Shown here in pieces: positions 44,497 to 55,740 of a stretch of DNA of 64,000 bases. The translations under genes were made by a program, and so were the position numbers. The notes below the pieces were generated by a model. It saw only the letters and a program-made list of their open reading frames with translations. It had not been told where the DNA came from and made no database searches. Position 1 is the first letter of the stretch; each line of letters opens with the position of its first letter. The stretch is from Diplonema japonicum (taxonomy: Eukaryota > Protista > Euglenozoa: Diplonemea), in NCBI GenBank assembly GCA_964019335.1, contig OZ025727.1, forward strand, positions 124,001 to 188,000. The letters are read 5' to 3'.

Positions 44497-46254
44497 ATGA
44501 AGTTCTCACCCTTCCTTGGAAGCAACGGGTTGGTGATGCGTACCGCAGCTAAGAAGGTCAAGGGAAAGGAGAAGCACGAACCATTGCTAGAGGACGTGTA
44601 CACCTTGCAGTTCTCAGCTCTGGAGGAGTGCCACCACGAGTTCAAGATCCCTGTGATAGTCTTCATGCTTGTGTGCGAGTACCTTCCTATGCAACAGTTG
44701 CCAGACATGCGCTCCATATGCATCGCAAGCTACTTGGGTGTGAAGCAGCTTCTCCAAATGAGCGACAAGCTCAATCGTCGCCTTTCTGTGTACCTCAACA
44801 ACAAGCTCGAGACATCCGAGCAAAGCAAGAAGGTGACTGTGTGCGTGCGGTTGAAACCTGTGGAAGGACCGTTCTGCGTGAAGACTGACCGAAAGCGGAT
44901 CATCATGGACTCCTGCGACTACATGTTCGACCACCTGTTTGGAGCACGGGCAACGCAGGAGGAGGTGTTCGGGAAGATCTCAAAGGAGTTGTTCTTCTCA
45001 GTGGCTCGGAAAGAGAACGTGTGCGTGTTCTGCTACGGGCAGACGGGGGCGGGGAAAACACACACCATGTTCGGGAACTTGAAAGGAGACGAGGACGCAC
45101 AGAACGAGGGGGTGGCCTTCCGTGTGGTGAACGGGATCACGAAGGAGTCTCCCTTCTGGAGCAACGAGACCAAGTCGATGACCCTCACCTTCATGGAGGT
45201 GTACAACGAGAAGGTGCATGACCTGCTTGGGAAGACGGAGAAGTCGCTGAAAACGAGTGTTGACACAAAGGGGAACTTCTCAGTCCCTGACATCACCCAT
45301 GTGGAGCCGACATCCCCCAGTGACTGGAAGCGGTACGTACGGAAAGGGTCGCAGCACAGGGCATCCGGGAAGACTGTGTTCAACGAGCGGTCGTCTCGGT
45401 CGCATGCGATCGCAACAGTGCACATCACGTGGCGGAACGGGAAGACCTCAAGGGTACACCTGGTGGACCTGGCAGGGTCGGAGCGGTCTGGGAAGTACGC
45501 CCTGAACGACAAGTCCCTCACGGAGGGGACGTACATCAACAAGTCGCTGACGACGCTTGCGAGGGTGGTATCGGCAGTAGCAGGGGGCAAAGGGGACCAC
45601 ATCCCGATCAGGGACTCCGTCTTGACGCAGCTCATCAGCGACTCCATCGCAGGAAAGGACAACAGCAAGTCGTTCATGCTGGCGGCCATCAACCCCGCAA
45701 AGGGGGCAGCGAAGGAGACAACAAGCACACTCCACTACGCCTACCAGTACAGCACCCTGAGGTCATCCCTTCCGAGGTTGATCTCAACCTGCACTCAAGA
45801 GCTCAGGACTAGTACCAGGGTGGTAGAACTGAAGAGGGCAGCCTACCTAAAGAACCTGACAGAGCTACGACTCGACGCGGGCAAACTAGAGATAATGCTA
45901 AAGGAACGCAGGGTGCGTATAAAGCACAGTGCAGAAGAAGTACAGGCAGCACTTGCTGCCATGGGGATGCCGTGGAGCGGGTTATATGCCAAAAAATGTT
46001 CTTCAATCGGTGTTGTGATATGCACATGGAAGCTAGGGGACACTGCTTCTGCAGCTTACCTTGTTAAGTTTGAGGACGGGAAGCAACGATGGTACCCCGC
46101 GCACTGTGTAGTCGAAGAACGTACATTCACCCTTATGCGGTCTCAGAGGGACGACTTAGTCAAGGAAGAAAATAGTCTAGAGAAGCAAGCTAGTAACCTT
46201 CGTTACCTCAAAAACAAATATGCCAAGTTGCTCGAGTCGTGGCAGCATGAGTGA
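44497..46254 (+). CDS. Kinesin motor protein with F-box-like N-terminal segment and MIB-SH3-like C-terminal domain, copy 1
   Basis: YGQTGAGKT, NERSSRSH, HLVDLAGSER, INKSL and HIPIRDSVLT motifs. Confidence 0.93.
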   Translation: MKFSPFLGSNGLVMRTAAKKVKGKEKHEPLLEDVYTLQFSALEECHHEFKIPVIVFMLVCEYLPMQQLPDMRSICIASYLGVKQLLQMSDKLNRRLSVYLNNKLETSEQSKKVTVCVRLKPVEGPFCVKTDRKRIIMDSCDYMFDHLFGARATQEEVFGKISKELFFSVARKENVCVFCYGQTGAGKTHTMFGNLKGDEDAQNEGVAFRVVNGITKESPFWSNETKSMTLTFMEVYNEKVHDLLGKTEKSLKTSVDTKGNFSVPDITHVEPTSPSDWKRYVRKGSQHRASGKTVFNERSSRSHAIATVHITWRNGKTSRVHLVDLAGSERSGKYALNDKSLTEGTYINKSLTTLARVVSAVAGGKGDHIPIRDSVLTQLISDSIAGKDNSKSFMLAAINPAKGAAKETTSTLHYAYQYSTLRSSLPRLISTCTQELRTSTRVVELKRAAYLKNLTELRLDAGKLEIMLKERRVRIKHSAEEVQAALAAMGMPWSGLYAKKCSSIGVVICTWKLGDTASAAYLVKFEDGKQRWYPAHCVVEERTFTLMRSQRDDLVKEENSLEKQASNLRYLKNKYAKLLESWQHE

Positions 46255-46797
46255 GAAACTATCTCTTTTTTCCCTTTAATTTTTTTTGGTAAAACTACGT
46301 AACAATATTTGAGAAACAAAAAAGAAAAAGAAAAAAAAAAAAAGGAAAAAAAAAAAAAACATTTCTTCTGAAAAAAAAAAACCCCCCTAGCCTCAACGGA
46401 TTGTTTTTGGAAATGCTTTTCTTTTGTACTATGTATTTTCACGTCCAAAAAAAAAAAAAAAGAAGAAGGAAAAAAGAACAATAAGAACAAACCATTTCCT
46501 CTCCTTTCTTTTTTTAGGCGATCCTGTCACAGGTTCCCTTCAAAGACATCTTTTTTCTCTTTTTGAGAGGCTCTCCTCACGTGGGGTTGTCTTTTTACTT
46601 TGAGTTTTTTTTTTTTTTTTTCTGTAAAAGAAAAATACATCAAACGTACCCTACCGCGAGGAAACGGACCAGGCAGAGGTGGCGCCATACAGGTTAATGT
46701 GTAGTTTGACTACAAACACATACACGCTGCTAGCTTTATAGTATGTTTGGAATCGATCGATTTTTTTTTCATGAAGGAAAAAAAAAAAAAAAAAAAA

Positions 46798-47232
46798 ATG
46801 GACCCAATGAGTGAAACGAGGCTGCCGTGGCTGTTGGAACACAATGAACAGAGGGCCGTGGAATCGGGGCTAGACGACGAAGGAGAAGATGACGGAGGGA
46901 AGTGGATGCTGTTTTACCCAAATGACGAAATCAACGCTGCCTGGCACAGATCCGTGGACCTGTACAGGGCCGGACATCTTCCTGGGGTGCACTCCATGAA
47001 GGTTTCCACTGCCATGCCAAACCCCCGTGCATCCACGTCAGCATCAAAGGTCATTATATTCTACTGTGGCCCTTCCAAAGACGAAGCAAAGATGCGTTCC
47101 ATCGGTACCTCCCTTGCCTCAGCAATGCAGGTGACTGGCACTACTATAACATACAAACCTGACTACATGACTGCAACGGGGACGGCTGCCACTGGGCAAA
47201 AGGTTAACCACCTTTACAAGCTGCGGGTTTGA
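46798..47232 (+). CDS. DUF1917 / C11orf68 (UPF0696, eIF4E-like fold) family protein
   Basis: GKWMLF...INAAW...KVST...VIIFY...YKPDYMT..G pattern. Confidence 0.8.
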   Translation: MDPMSETRLPWLLEHNEQRAVESGLDDEGEDDGGKWMLFYPNDEINAAWHRSVDLYRAGHLPGVHSMKVSTAMPNPRASTSASKVIIFYCGPSKDEAKMRSIGTSLASAMQVTGTTITYKPDYMTATGTAATGQKVNHLYKLRV

Positions 47233-47424
47233 AAGAAAAAAAAAGGGGGAGGGGGGGAAACACGAAAAAGCCTCCCGATCTCTAGCCCATTGTATCTCGG
47301 TTCAGAGTGCTTACTCATACTGTAACACCTTCTCCCTCCTTTTTTTTCTCTTCCTTATTTTCTTGCTCATTCGCTTTTAATCTTTTCGACACTAGGCGGG
47401 GGTCGCGTCTTATATAAGAAGAAG

Positions 47425-49206
47425 ATGCCCGATCCCTGCAAGAAGAAGAAGAAGGTTCGCAGCACACACAAATCTAAACCTAAGCCCAAGCACCAAGACC
47501 CCAATGGCAAGGAAAAGGAGGAGGAGCGGGAATACCTCATGCAGTTCTCAGCTCTGGAGGAGTGCCACCACGAGTTCAAGATCCCTGTGATAGTCTTCAT
47601 GCTTGTGTGCGAGTACCTTCCTATGCAACAGTTGCCAGACATGCGCTCCATATGCATCGCAAGCTACTTGGGTGTGAAGCAGCTTCTCCAAATGAGCGAC
47701 AAGCTCAATCGTCGCCTTTCTGTGTACCTCAACAACAAGCTCGAGACATCCGAGCAAAGCAAGAAGGTGACTGTGTGCGTGCGGTTGAAACCTGTGGAAG
47801 GACCGTTCTGCGTGAAGACTGACCGAAAGCGGATCATCATGGACTCCTGCGACTACATGTTCGACCACCTGTTTGGAGCACGGGCAACGCAGGAGGAGGT
47901 GTTCGGGAAGATCTCAAAGGAGTTGTTCTTCTCAGTGGCTCGGAAAGAGAACGTGTGCGTGTTCTGCTACGGGCAGACGGGGGCGGGGAAAACACACACC
48001 ATGTTCGGGAACTTGAAAGGAGACGAGGACGCACAGAACGAGGGGGTGGCCTTCCGTGTGGTGAACGGGATCACGAAGGAGTCTCCCTTCTGGAGCAACG
48101 AGACCAAGTCGATGACCCTCACCTTCATGGAGGTGTACAACGAGAAGGTGCATGACCTGCTTGGGAAGACGGAGAAGTCGCTGAAAACGAGTGTTGACAC
48201 AAAGGGGAACTTCTCAGTCCCTGACATCACCCATGTGGAGCCGACATCCCCCAGTGACTGGAAGCGGTACGTACGGAAAGGGTCGCAGCACAGGGCATCC
48301 GGGAAGACTGTGTTCAACGAGCGGTCGTCTCGGTCGCATGCGATCGCAACAGTGCACATCACGTGGCGGAACGGGAAGACCTCAAGGGTACACCTGGTGG
48401 ACCTGGCAGGGTCGGAGCGGTCTGGGAAGTACGCCCTGAACGACAAGTCCCTCACGGAGGGGACGTACATCAACAAGTCGCTGACGACGCTTGCGAGGGT
48501 GGTATCGGCAGTAGCAGGGGGCAAAGGGGACCACATCCCGATCAGGGACTCCGTCTTGACGCAGCTCATCAGCGACTCCATCGCAGGAAAGGACAACAGC
48601 AAGTCGTTCATGCTGGCGGCCATCAACCCCGCAAAGGGGGCAACGAAGGAGACAACAAGCACACTCCACTACGCCTACCAGTACAGCACCCTGAGGTCAT
48701 CCCTTCCGAGGTTGATCAGTGAATGCATGGCAGAGCAGAGAACTCTGAATAGGTTTGTAGATGTGCGAAAGAAAGCACACCAAGTCGACCTAAAGGAGAT
48801 GGAGAAGAAGTTCGGGAAGAAGAGGCTGGAAGAGATGCTAAGGCAGCGCAGGGCTCGTGTCAAGCACAAGGCAGAAGAGGTGCGGGCTGATCTTGCCAAG
48901 CTGGGGGTAGCGTGGAGCCCTATTTACGCGAAGTACCTAACGTGCGCAGGAGTGGTCGTCTCTGAATGGACTCTTAAGGACACTGGTAAACGTGCTGACT
49001 CTTCTGTGGCTTCCCTTGTTAGGTTTGAGGATGGGAAGGAGAAGTGGTTCCCTGCTGCCAGCCTCGTGCAGGATAAGGTCTACAGCTTCCTCATAGATCA
49101 GAGAGACGAACTTGCAATGTTAGAGGCAGATCTCGTAAAAAAAACAGCTGAGGTCAAATCCCTTAAGGATAAGTATGCAACACTTCTTGAGTCTTGGCAG
49201 CACTAA
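47425..49206 (+). CDS. Kinesin, copy 2
   Basis: Core 47540-48717 is essentially identical to 44606-45783; N- and C-termini are divergent. Confidence 0.93.
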   Translation: MPDPCKKKKKVRSTHKSKPKPKHQDPNGKEKEEEREYLMQFSALEECHHEFKIPVIVFMLVCEYLPMQQLPDMRSICIASYLGVKQLLQMSDKLNRRLSVYLNNKLETSEQSKKVTVCVRLKPVEGPFCVKTDRKRIIMDSCDYMFDHLFGARATQEEVFGKISKELFFSVARKENVCVFCYGQTGAGKTHTMFGNLKGDEDAQNEGVAFRVVNGITKESPFWSNETKSMTLTFMEVYNEKVHDLLGKTEKSLKTSVDTKGNFSVPDITHVEPTSPSDWKRYVRKGSQHRASGKTVFNERSSRSHAIATVHITWRNGKTSRVHLVDLAGSERSGKYALNDKSLTEGTYINKSLTTLARVVSAVAGGKGDHIPIRDSVLTQLISDSIAGKDNSKSFMLAAINPAKGATKETTSTLHYAYQYSTLRSSLPRLISECMAEQRTLNRFVDVRKKAHQVDLKEMEKKFGKKRLEEMLRQRRARVKHKAEEVRADLAKLGVAWSPIYAKYLTCAGVVVSEWTLKDTGKRADSSVASLVRFEDGKEKWFPAASLVQDKVYSFLIDQRDELAMLEADLVKKTAEVKSLKDKYATLLESWQH

Positions 49207-50683
49207 AGGGGGGGCCTGAATAATTCCCTCCCAAATAATGTGTTTTTTCCCAAATAATTCTTTTTTTTTTTGGGGATTTTTCCACTCCAAATTTCCCAAA
49301 TAATTCCCAACCCCCTTTCTTTTTTTTTTTTGGGGACCAGGGTGGGGGGGGTCACATGGTAGTCATGCAATGGGCTTTTCTCAGTTATGCCTGTGCAGGG
49401 TACTAGCCTACCTAACCCATTATGACACCCCTTTTTTGACCAAAAAGTCGATTTTCACCTGGTTTTGGGCACTTATGAGCAATTCCTTTGCATTTTGAAC
49501 AGGGACCACAGGGTTTGGCACCTGGGTTATTGTGGGGGACTATTTTTCTTAATGCAAGAAGCTAGCTGGATTGTGATGAACGGTTCAAAATTTCACAGAA
49601 CCACTTAGTTCAAAGGCGCTTGTGGGTGGCCTGGGTGCTTCTGCATTGCCAGAAGGGCATGTGCATTCATGTGTTGACAACTTATCCAATATTTGCTTTG
49701 TTTCATGGCCCACAATGTCAATATTCCATTCCTGAGCAAGATCCCAAAGTTGTGTCGTAGCCCACTGGCAGTATTGTGAGGCTGCTTACACAAGTAAGAG
49801 TGCTGGCCCAGTGAGCCATAGAAGATGAGAAATATATTATAGTGTGACATGATCAGACTGGAACGGCCACCCTGGGGCATCCTCTGCTCAACCCAGCAGA
49901 CGTGGGAGGCCCTTCTTCAGAAGGTGCCAGTTGCTTGATCAGTGCCATCATGCACGCTATATTTTATTAGTACAAATATAACAATCGATTGAAAAGGAAA
50001 AGTCTGTATTGTGAGGCTGCTTCTCACCATTTTGAGGGGTTAAGGGGGCTGTGGCGTGCCCCAAGCAGCCGAGGTGGGACGTTGATGACTGCAGCAGAGT
50101 GCCGAGTCAACGTGGCACTGTGGATAGGGCAAGCACATGAGAAAGGTCATGCAACTGCTCAACACCTTTAGCTATATGCAATCTCACGGCTACCTTCCAG
50201 GTAGTTCTGAGGAGGCCATACAGCTAAGGGCACTTAGCAAAGTTTAGACAGTGCAGCACAGAATGTTGTTGCAGGTGTTACAATGGACACTACACCTGAT
50301 GAGACTCCAGCAGCCTCCAAGCCCTTGCAGCTTCTCAAGCCCTGACAGTTTCTCAAGCCTCTCAGACCCCAGCAACCTCCCAGCAACCACCTAATGCCAA
50401 AACCAGGCAGTTTGTCTGCAACGTTTGTGGGTTCTCCACAGCCTGGGAGAAAAACTGTTAAAATTTCCCTTGGAAAAAAAAAGGGCATGAAAAAAGTCTT
50501 GGCACGATTTGGCATGTTAAGATTTCCAAAGTGCTCTAAGCCCTGCTCCCTGCTTTCATGTGGCAGGCCCCCCAGCCCAAATAAATACAACCCAAATAAG
50601 TGTATTCCAAATAATTCTTTTTTTTTGGAGCCCTAACACCCCCCCTCCACTGCCCAAATAAAGGGATTATTCAGGGGGCCCCT
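49207..50683. mobile_element. Degenerate TIR transposon, Kolobok-like termini
   Basis: CTAA|AGGGG...CCTGAATAAT(T)CCCT at the left and AGGGATTATTCAGGGGGCCCCT|TTAA at the right. Subterminal CCCAAATAA repeats; internal FVCNVCG zinc-finger remnant. Confidence 0.65.
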
Positions 50684-50752
50684 TTAATTTAAATTTTTTT
50701 TTTCTCTCAAATTCGCCAACCCGCTCGATCTTTTCCTTTTTTGTTTATATTA

Positions 50753-50868
50753 CTGTAAAGTGAAAAATGTCGGAGAAATGTCCGGAAGGAAAAATGCCCG
50801 GACGGACATACTCCCGAACGCGAAAAAGACACGGATGTTTGTCCGTCGTGGTGTTTTTCACTTTACAG
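50753..50868. mobile_element. Tc1/mariner-type MITE
   Basis: TA|CTGTAAAGTGAAAAA...TTTTTCACTTTACAG|TA: perfect 15-bp TIR with TA TSD. Confidence 0.85.
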
Positions 50869-50977
50869 TATTTAACTAACCCTTGTTTCCCTTGCCCGTT
50901 TCTTTTAGAAAGGTAAGGAAAATTCGATGCGGGTGGGGGGAGCTTATTCAGTGCAGATATATGAAAAATAGAAAAAA

Positions 50978-51434
50978 GAAATGTGGCTTTGGTTGCAACA
51001 CTATTTGGCGTTTAGTGTGCAGCGTGGTGGAGGGATTTGTCCTTCCTTCTTAGCTGATCCCAGCTTCTTTGGATCAGTTCCGTAATACGTGGCCCTTTTT
51101 TAAGGGTGGTGGGGATAACATGGAAATATAAGAAGTACATCAGATGTGTTGTTCGCTGTTGACCTCCTCGTCGGTCATCACCGGTAGCGCCCGAGTGGAA
51201 GAACGTAACGCAGATGCTCAGGGTGACGAACAGGCAGCAAACTGCACGAGGGCAGAATCTTGGTTACCCGGGACGCCCCGGCTAGGGTTGAGCACACCGC
51301 ACGCATTAAGGACACGACGCGGAACGCAGAAGAAGCTACTGCTCGGCCGAGGAGCGCCCCCTGTAATCAAGTAGGTAGTTCGTGCTTCATTGCACGCTTA
51401 ACGCCACCTAGTGTTGCAATTAAAGCCCCATTTC
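50978..51434. mobile_element. MITE with imperfect TIRs of about 44 bp
   Basis: GAAATGTGGCTTTGGTTGCAACACTATTTGGCGTTTAGTGTGCA versus the inverse of TGCACGCTTAACGCCACCTAGTGTTGCAATTAAAGCCCCATTTC. Confidence 0.7.
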
Positions 51435-51905
51435 TTTTTTTTTTTTTTGTTACAAATATTTATCTTTCAAAAAATGATTTTATAACTATATGCAACTTGT
51501 GCCGAGCAAACAACAAAGACATATAGTCACAAAGAATTATTTTTTTTCTTTTTGAACCTTCTCTCTCTCCCCTCCTTCCTTCTGCTCGGCAATATCGAAC
51601 CGGTTCGTATCCTGCTGTTCCGCAAGGTGGCAACGCTTGACTGAAAAACAAGCATTTCAGTTACGCTCTATATTCGCTAAGTGACCCACCAGAACCCGCA
51701 TTTTGAAGAGCTAAAAAAATTTCTAATTGCTTTTTCTAGGGCTGGAGTGGATTTATTTGCGTCCGGGCCCCAATGTTCGACATATGGAATTTTTTTTTGT
51801 AATAAAAATTTTTTTGGTGATTTGCCTTACTTTGTACTATACAAAATGAAGCAGCTCCGGTGGAAAAAACACGGCACAAGTGGGGTTCGAACCCTGATGA
51901 AAAAA

Positions 51906-51988
51906 CCACTGCGTCGGGATTCGAACCCGCGACTCCTGGAACAAGGGGGCCTGACAGGTGAGCACGGTAACCACTCTACCACACAGGA
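51906..51988 (-). pseudogene. tRNA-Asp(GTC)-like sequence
   Basis: Minus strand reads TCCTGTG TG GTAGAGTGGTT...CTGTCA...GCGGGTTCGAATCCCGA CGCAGTG G followed by a T-run. A and B boxes and acceptor/T stems are present; the anticodon stem is broken. Confidence 0.6.
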
Positions 51989-53552
51989 ATTCAAAACTCT
52001 GACCCCCCATCTTTACTCAGGCATCCGGCATAGTGGGTGGAGTAGGTTCCCTTCTTTCCACACCAGATATCCTCCGCGATACACACTCACGACGCGTCTC
52101 AGCCCATCAACACTGTGATGAAATAAACACAGAATAAGAGATGAGATAAAGGAGGTTCCTGTTCTGGAACGTCCTTGTCTACTTATCTCTACTTATCTAC
52201 CTCTTTCCCTGTTCTCGAAGTCTAGTACGAGTTCCATTGTGGTGACTCGTCTTCCTCGGTCCGTCGTACTACTTCAGCTTCCTGAGCTACTTGATAATGT
52301 CTTCTCCGTGCTTCATCATCAGGCTCCCGCTCACGTGCTTCTTCAGCTCCTACCACTCAGGTGGTGTGCATGAGCGTTTCCTTCCGTTATCTGTTCCAGG
52401 GGTGCGTCGTGTACGTTTCTAGCATTCTCTTGTCCTGGAGAAGCTGGTCTCGCTTTGCCACCACTTCCAGCAGGTAGTACTGCGTCTTCCTCAGCCGGTG
52501 TTGGTGTGATCGATGACCAACACAGAATAATGATGAAAAGAAACTACACTGAAGAGTAGGGGTCACCAGAAAAATCTGTTGTTTCTTCAGACCCTTGATC
52601 CACCCGAAGTAGAACAGCAGGAAGGGGAGGAAGGAGGTACTGATGTCTTCTTCTTTACTTTCTGTTGTCGCTACTGTCTTTGCTGCTGCTACTGCTGCTG
52701 TTACTGTTGTTGCTGCTGCGTTGGGGAGGTTGTCCATGTCCTCTGTTGTGCCTCGGGTGGCCCTCCCCTGCTTCCTCGGTCTTGTGCTTCTTGTACAAGA
52801 TGAGGCTGGGGTGCCATCCTTTGTTTTTGCCTGCATATGGCACTTCCACCCCGTCTGCTCTGAGATTTCACTTCTTGCCCTCTTTTGTGTAGTGGACCCG
52901 GTAGTGGAGCTCCTTGTGGCTGTACTCCGCTATCGCGATCCTGTCCATCTGGAGTCCTCGTTGTCTGAGGCTCTCTGCTGGCTGGAAGGGCTTGCTTGGT
53001 CTTTCCCTTCGAGTTGCCCGTTGTACTCTCAGGAGTAGGAAGTATTCTCCGGTCGTCGTCACTGCTTGTTTCATAGTCTCCGTTCCGTTCAGGCTGGTCA
53101 TCAAACCAGGGCACGCGGGTCAAGGATCTTCCAACGCAAACGTGACCGGTGATCGGTGTAATTCCCACATAAGTACCTTCCAAGCAGAAATAACTTCTGC
53201 CCCAAAGGCAACGTCACTTTCAAATGACTATGCCATTCCATTTGGACTGTACGTTGCCCTGTGGTGGACGGCGTAGACGCGCATCTGTCTCTTCAACTAT
53301 AAACTCCCCTACGGAACCCTCTTTGACCTTCTCGTCATCTCCACCCGTTTGTATTTGGTGATTACGGCCGAAGTGCAGAGGACAGGACTGTTATGCTTAC
53401 TGACTAACAACTAACAACCTTACAATGTTAAGAGCTGTCCTTCCCTCAAAACTGCACTTTTCTCAACTAGACTCCCACAAGCTTACGAAAAGCTTTCACG
53501 GAAATACCGGTTTAGGCTGCCGTTTCTCCCCTGTGGTGAGCCTAAAAAAAAA

Positions 53553-53626
53553 TCCGCTGGAGTGGGGTTTGAACCCGCTTCGCCTAGGTACAGGGCAAAG
53601 CCCCCCCCAACTAGACTACTATGCCT
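53553..53626 (-). pseudogene. tRNA-like sequence (A box and B box, T-run terminator)
   Basis: Minus strand TAGTCTAGTTGG...GCGGGTTCAAACCCCAC...TTTTTTTTT. The cloverleaf is degenerate. Confidence 0.45.
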
Positions 53627-54347
53627 TCGAAAATATTTTCGGCTGAACTACTGGTCAGGAAGATGCTGGCTTCTGGGATCGAACCCTGTTAACCATGTTT
53701 TTCAAAGGGAAAAGTGCCCAGTTGCAAAAGTTTGGCAAAAATGGCCAAAACTCAAAATGGCGACTTCCAAGGTCATTTTGGTTGGCCCCCAATATTTTTT
53801 TTTTGGAAAATTTCTTTTGGAACTTCCTTGGAACTCACCGTTCTTTCATGTTCGACATATGGATTTTTTGAAAAAAAAAATTCAATGAACCTTTGGGCAT
53901 TTTTGGCAATTTTTCCCCTATAGCCCCCTATAACCCCTTTGGGACATAGGGCGGGTCACTTAGCGAATATGGAGCGTTAAAAAAATGAGGAAAAAAAATG
54001 ATTTTTTTTCTTTTTTCTTACGCGTTCGGGGTGTTTGTCTCGTTTGCTATTATTCCTGCCCCGCCTTTTTCAGTCAGAGGTTTTATGGGACACATGTTCG
54101 ATGGAATAAAAGAAGAAAGCTTGTGGCTCCCTCCTAGCCTGGAGCCACCACTTACAAATGGCCAAACGGACAAAACCCCTGGAAAAAAAAAAAGAAATCT
54201 TATTTCTTTGGGGAGGGGGCAATTAGTTTCCACCCCCCCCCCCCCCTGTCGCTATTTGTTTTACAGTTTTATTCTTTTTGTTCTCTTTTCTCTTATTATC
54301 CCCTTTCATCACTGTTTAGAACACACGCAAAGGGAAGAAAAAAGAAA

Positions 54348-54650
54348 ATGCAAAAAACCCAGAATGTTGAAAAGTACAGCAAAGGGGGCTGCCTCGGGTC
54401 AGGAGGCCAGGGTCGGTGTACAAGGCCATGAGGAAGGTGGACAGGAAAGAATTTGCGATGAAGTTGATAAAGGCAGCGACGAAAGAAGAGCACGAGAGGG
54501 ACGTGAAGGGGTTGGTACTATGCTGCAACTGAAGCACGAGAAGGTGGTCCCGTGCGTGGACTACTTCAGGACGACGAAGCAGCTGGCTGGTGGCGTGACG
54601 CAGTGGGAGCTCCACATCGTGATGCCCCTGTACACTGGAGGGGACCTTGC
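54348..54650 (+). pseudogene. Frameshifted Ser/Thr kinase N-lobe fragment (NEK-like)
   Basis: LGSGGQG / VYKAMRKVDRKEFAMKLI / LQLKHEKVVPCVDYF...LHIVMPLYTGGDL spread over three frames, ending at a GT donor (54651). No C-lobe downstream. Confidence 0.75.
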
Positions 54651-55311
54651 GTGAATGAATTGAGTAAAACGCCATCCAGGGTCACAAGGCCTGGACAGTC
54701 ACCTCCTTGACTGAGCCGTTGAGTGATCAATTCTAACCGCAAACCCGCCCCAGCAGCAGCAGCAGCAGCAGCAGCAGCCACAGCAGCCTGCTACAAAACG
54801 ACTCCATTTATTTATTTCACGAAAAGAAGCAGTGCAGGTACACAAACGCCTTCTTCTCTTTCCGCTCCTTGCGGTCTTTGAAGTTGTCCCTTTTGCGTAT
54901 GGCAAGAACACGCTTAGTGTGTGTGTGTGTGTGCGTGCGTGCGCTACGACCCCCCTGGTCCTGGGTACACTGGCGTCAGGCTAGCAGCTCAGCTTTTCGC
55001 ATGGGTTTGGAAAACGGAGAGGGGGGAGGGTACAAGGTTCGGGGAAGCTTCCAGGGTTACAAGGCCTGGACAGTCACCTTAACATCCAACCCATCCACAC
55101 TCTCCAGGTCTTTTTACACACACACTTACATAAATTAAAACAAAAATGAAAAAAAGAAGAAAAAAAAAAATGGGCCACAGCAGGAACAACGACACAACCA
55201 CGACCTGTACAGAACCACCTCCCCAAAACCAAATAAAAAAAGAAAAAGATATAAAATAAAAAAGTAACAAAAGCGCCAGGTACAGAGCCGAGAGCCCAGA
55301 AAATTAATTTC

Positions 55312-55373
<62 letters not shown>

Positions 55374-55740
55374 TTCGCATGGCCGCGCCCGCCTGTGAGG
55401 CTTGGGGAAGCCAAACCCCTGATTCTACGTTTTTCTGGGTGTACAGAGCCGAGAGCCCATGAAATTCATTTTTTTTATTTTTATTTTTTTTCTTTTCTGC
55501 TTTCGCATGGGTTTGGGATCTCCCGGTATACAGGGGCTTGGGTAAGCCTCTGCAGGGTCGGCAGGGCCGCGCCCGCCTGTGGGGCTTGGGGAAGCCTGTA
55601 GCAAACCCCCCCTGATCCTACGTTAATTTGGGTTGGGGGTCTTTTATCCGAACTCGCAGCGCCACCTGCAAGGCCGAGAACCCAAAGAATCCATTTTTTT
55701 AAAGCTTTTCCCAGGGCTTTGGAATTCTTCGGGGTGTGTG

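Larger units (their letters stand above)
51664..53976 (-). mobile_element. 2.3-kb TIR element with TTA TSD carrying tRNA-like modules and decayed minus-strand coding sequence
   Basis: 27-bp TIR CGCTC(T/C)ATATTCGCTAAGTGACCC(A/G)CC with TTA on both flanks. Subterminal direct repeat ATGTTCGACATATGGA. Confidence 0.85.

Noticed and set aside
51906-51988. Functional tRNA-Asp gene
   Set aside because: The anticodon and D stems do not pair properly and the sequence lies inside a transposon; kept as tRNA-like only.
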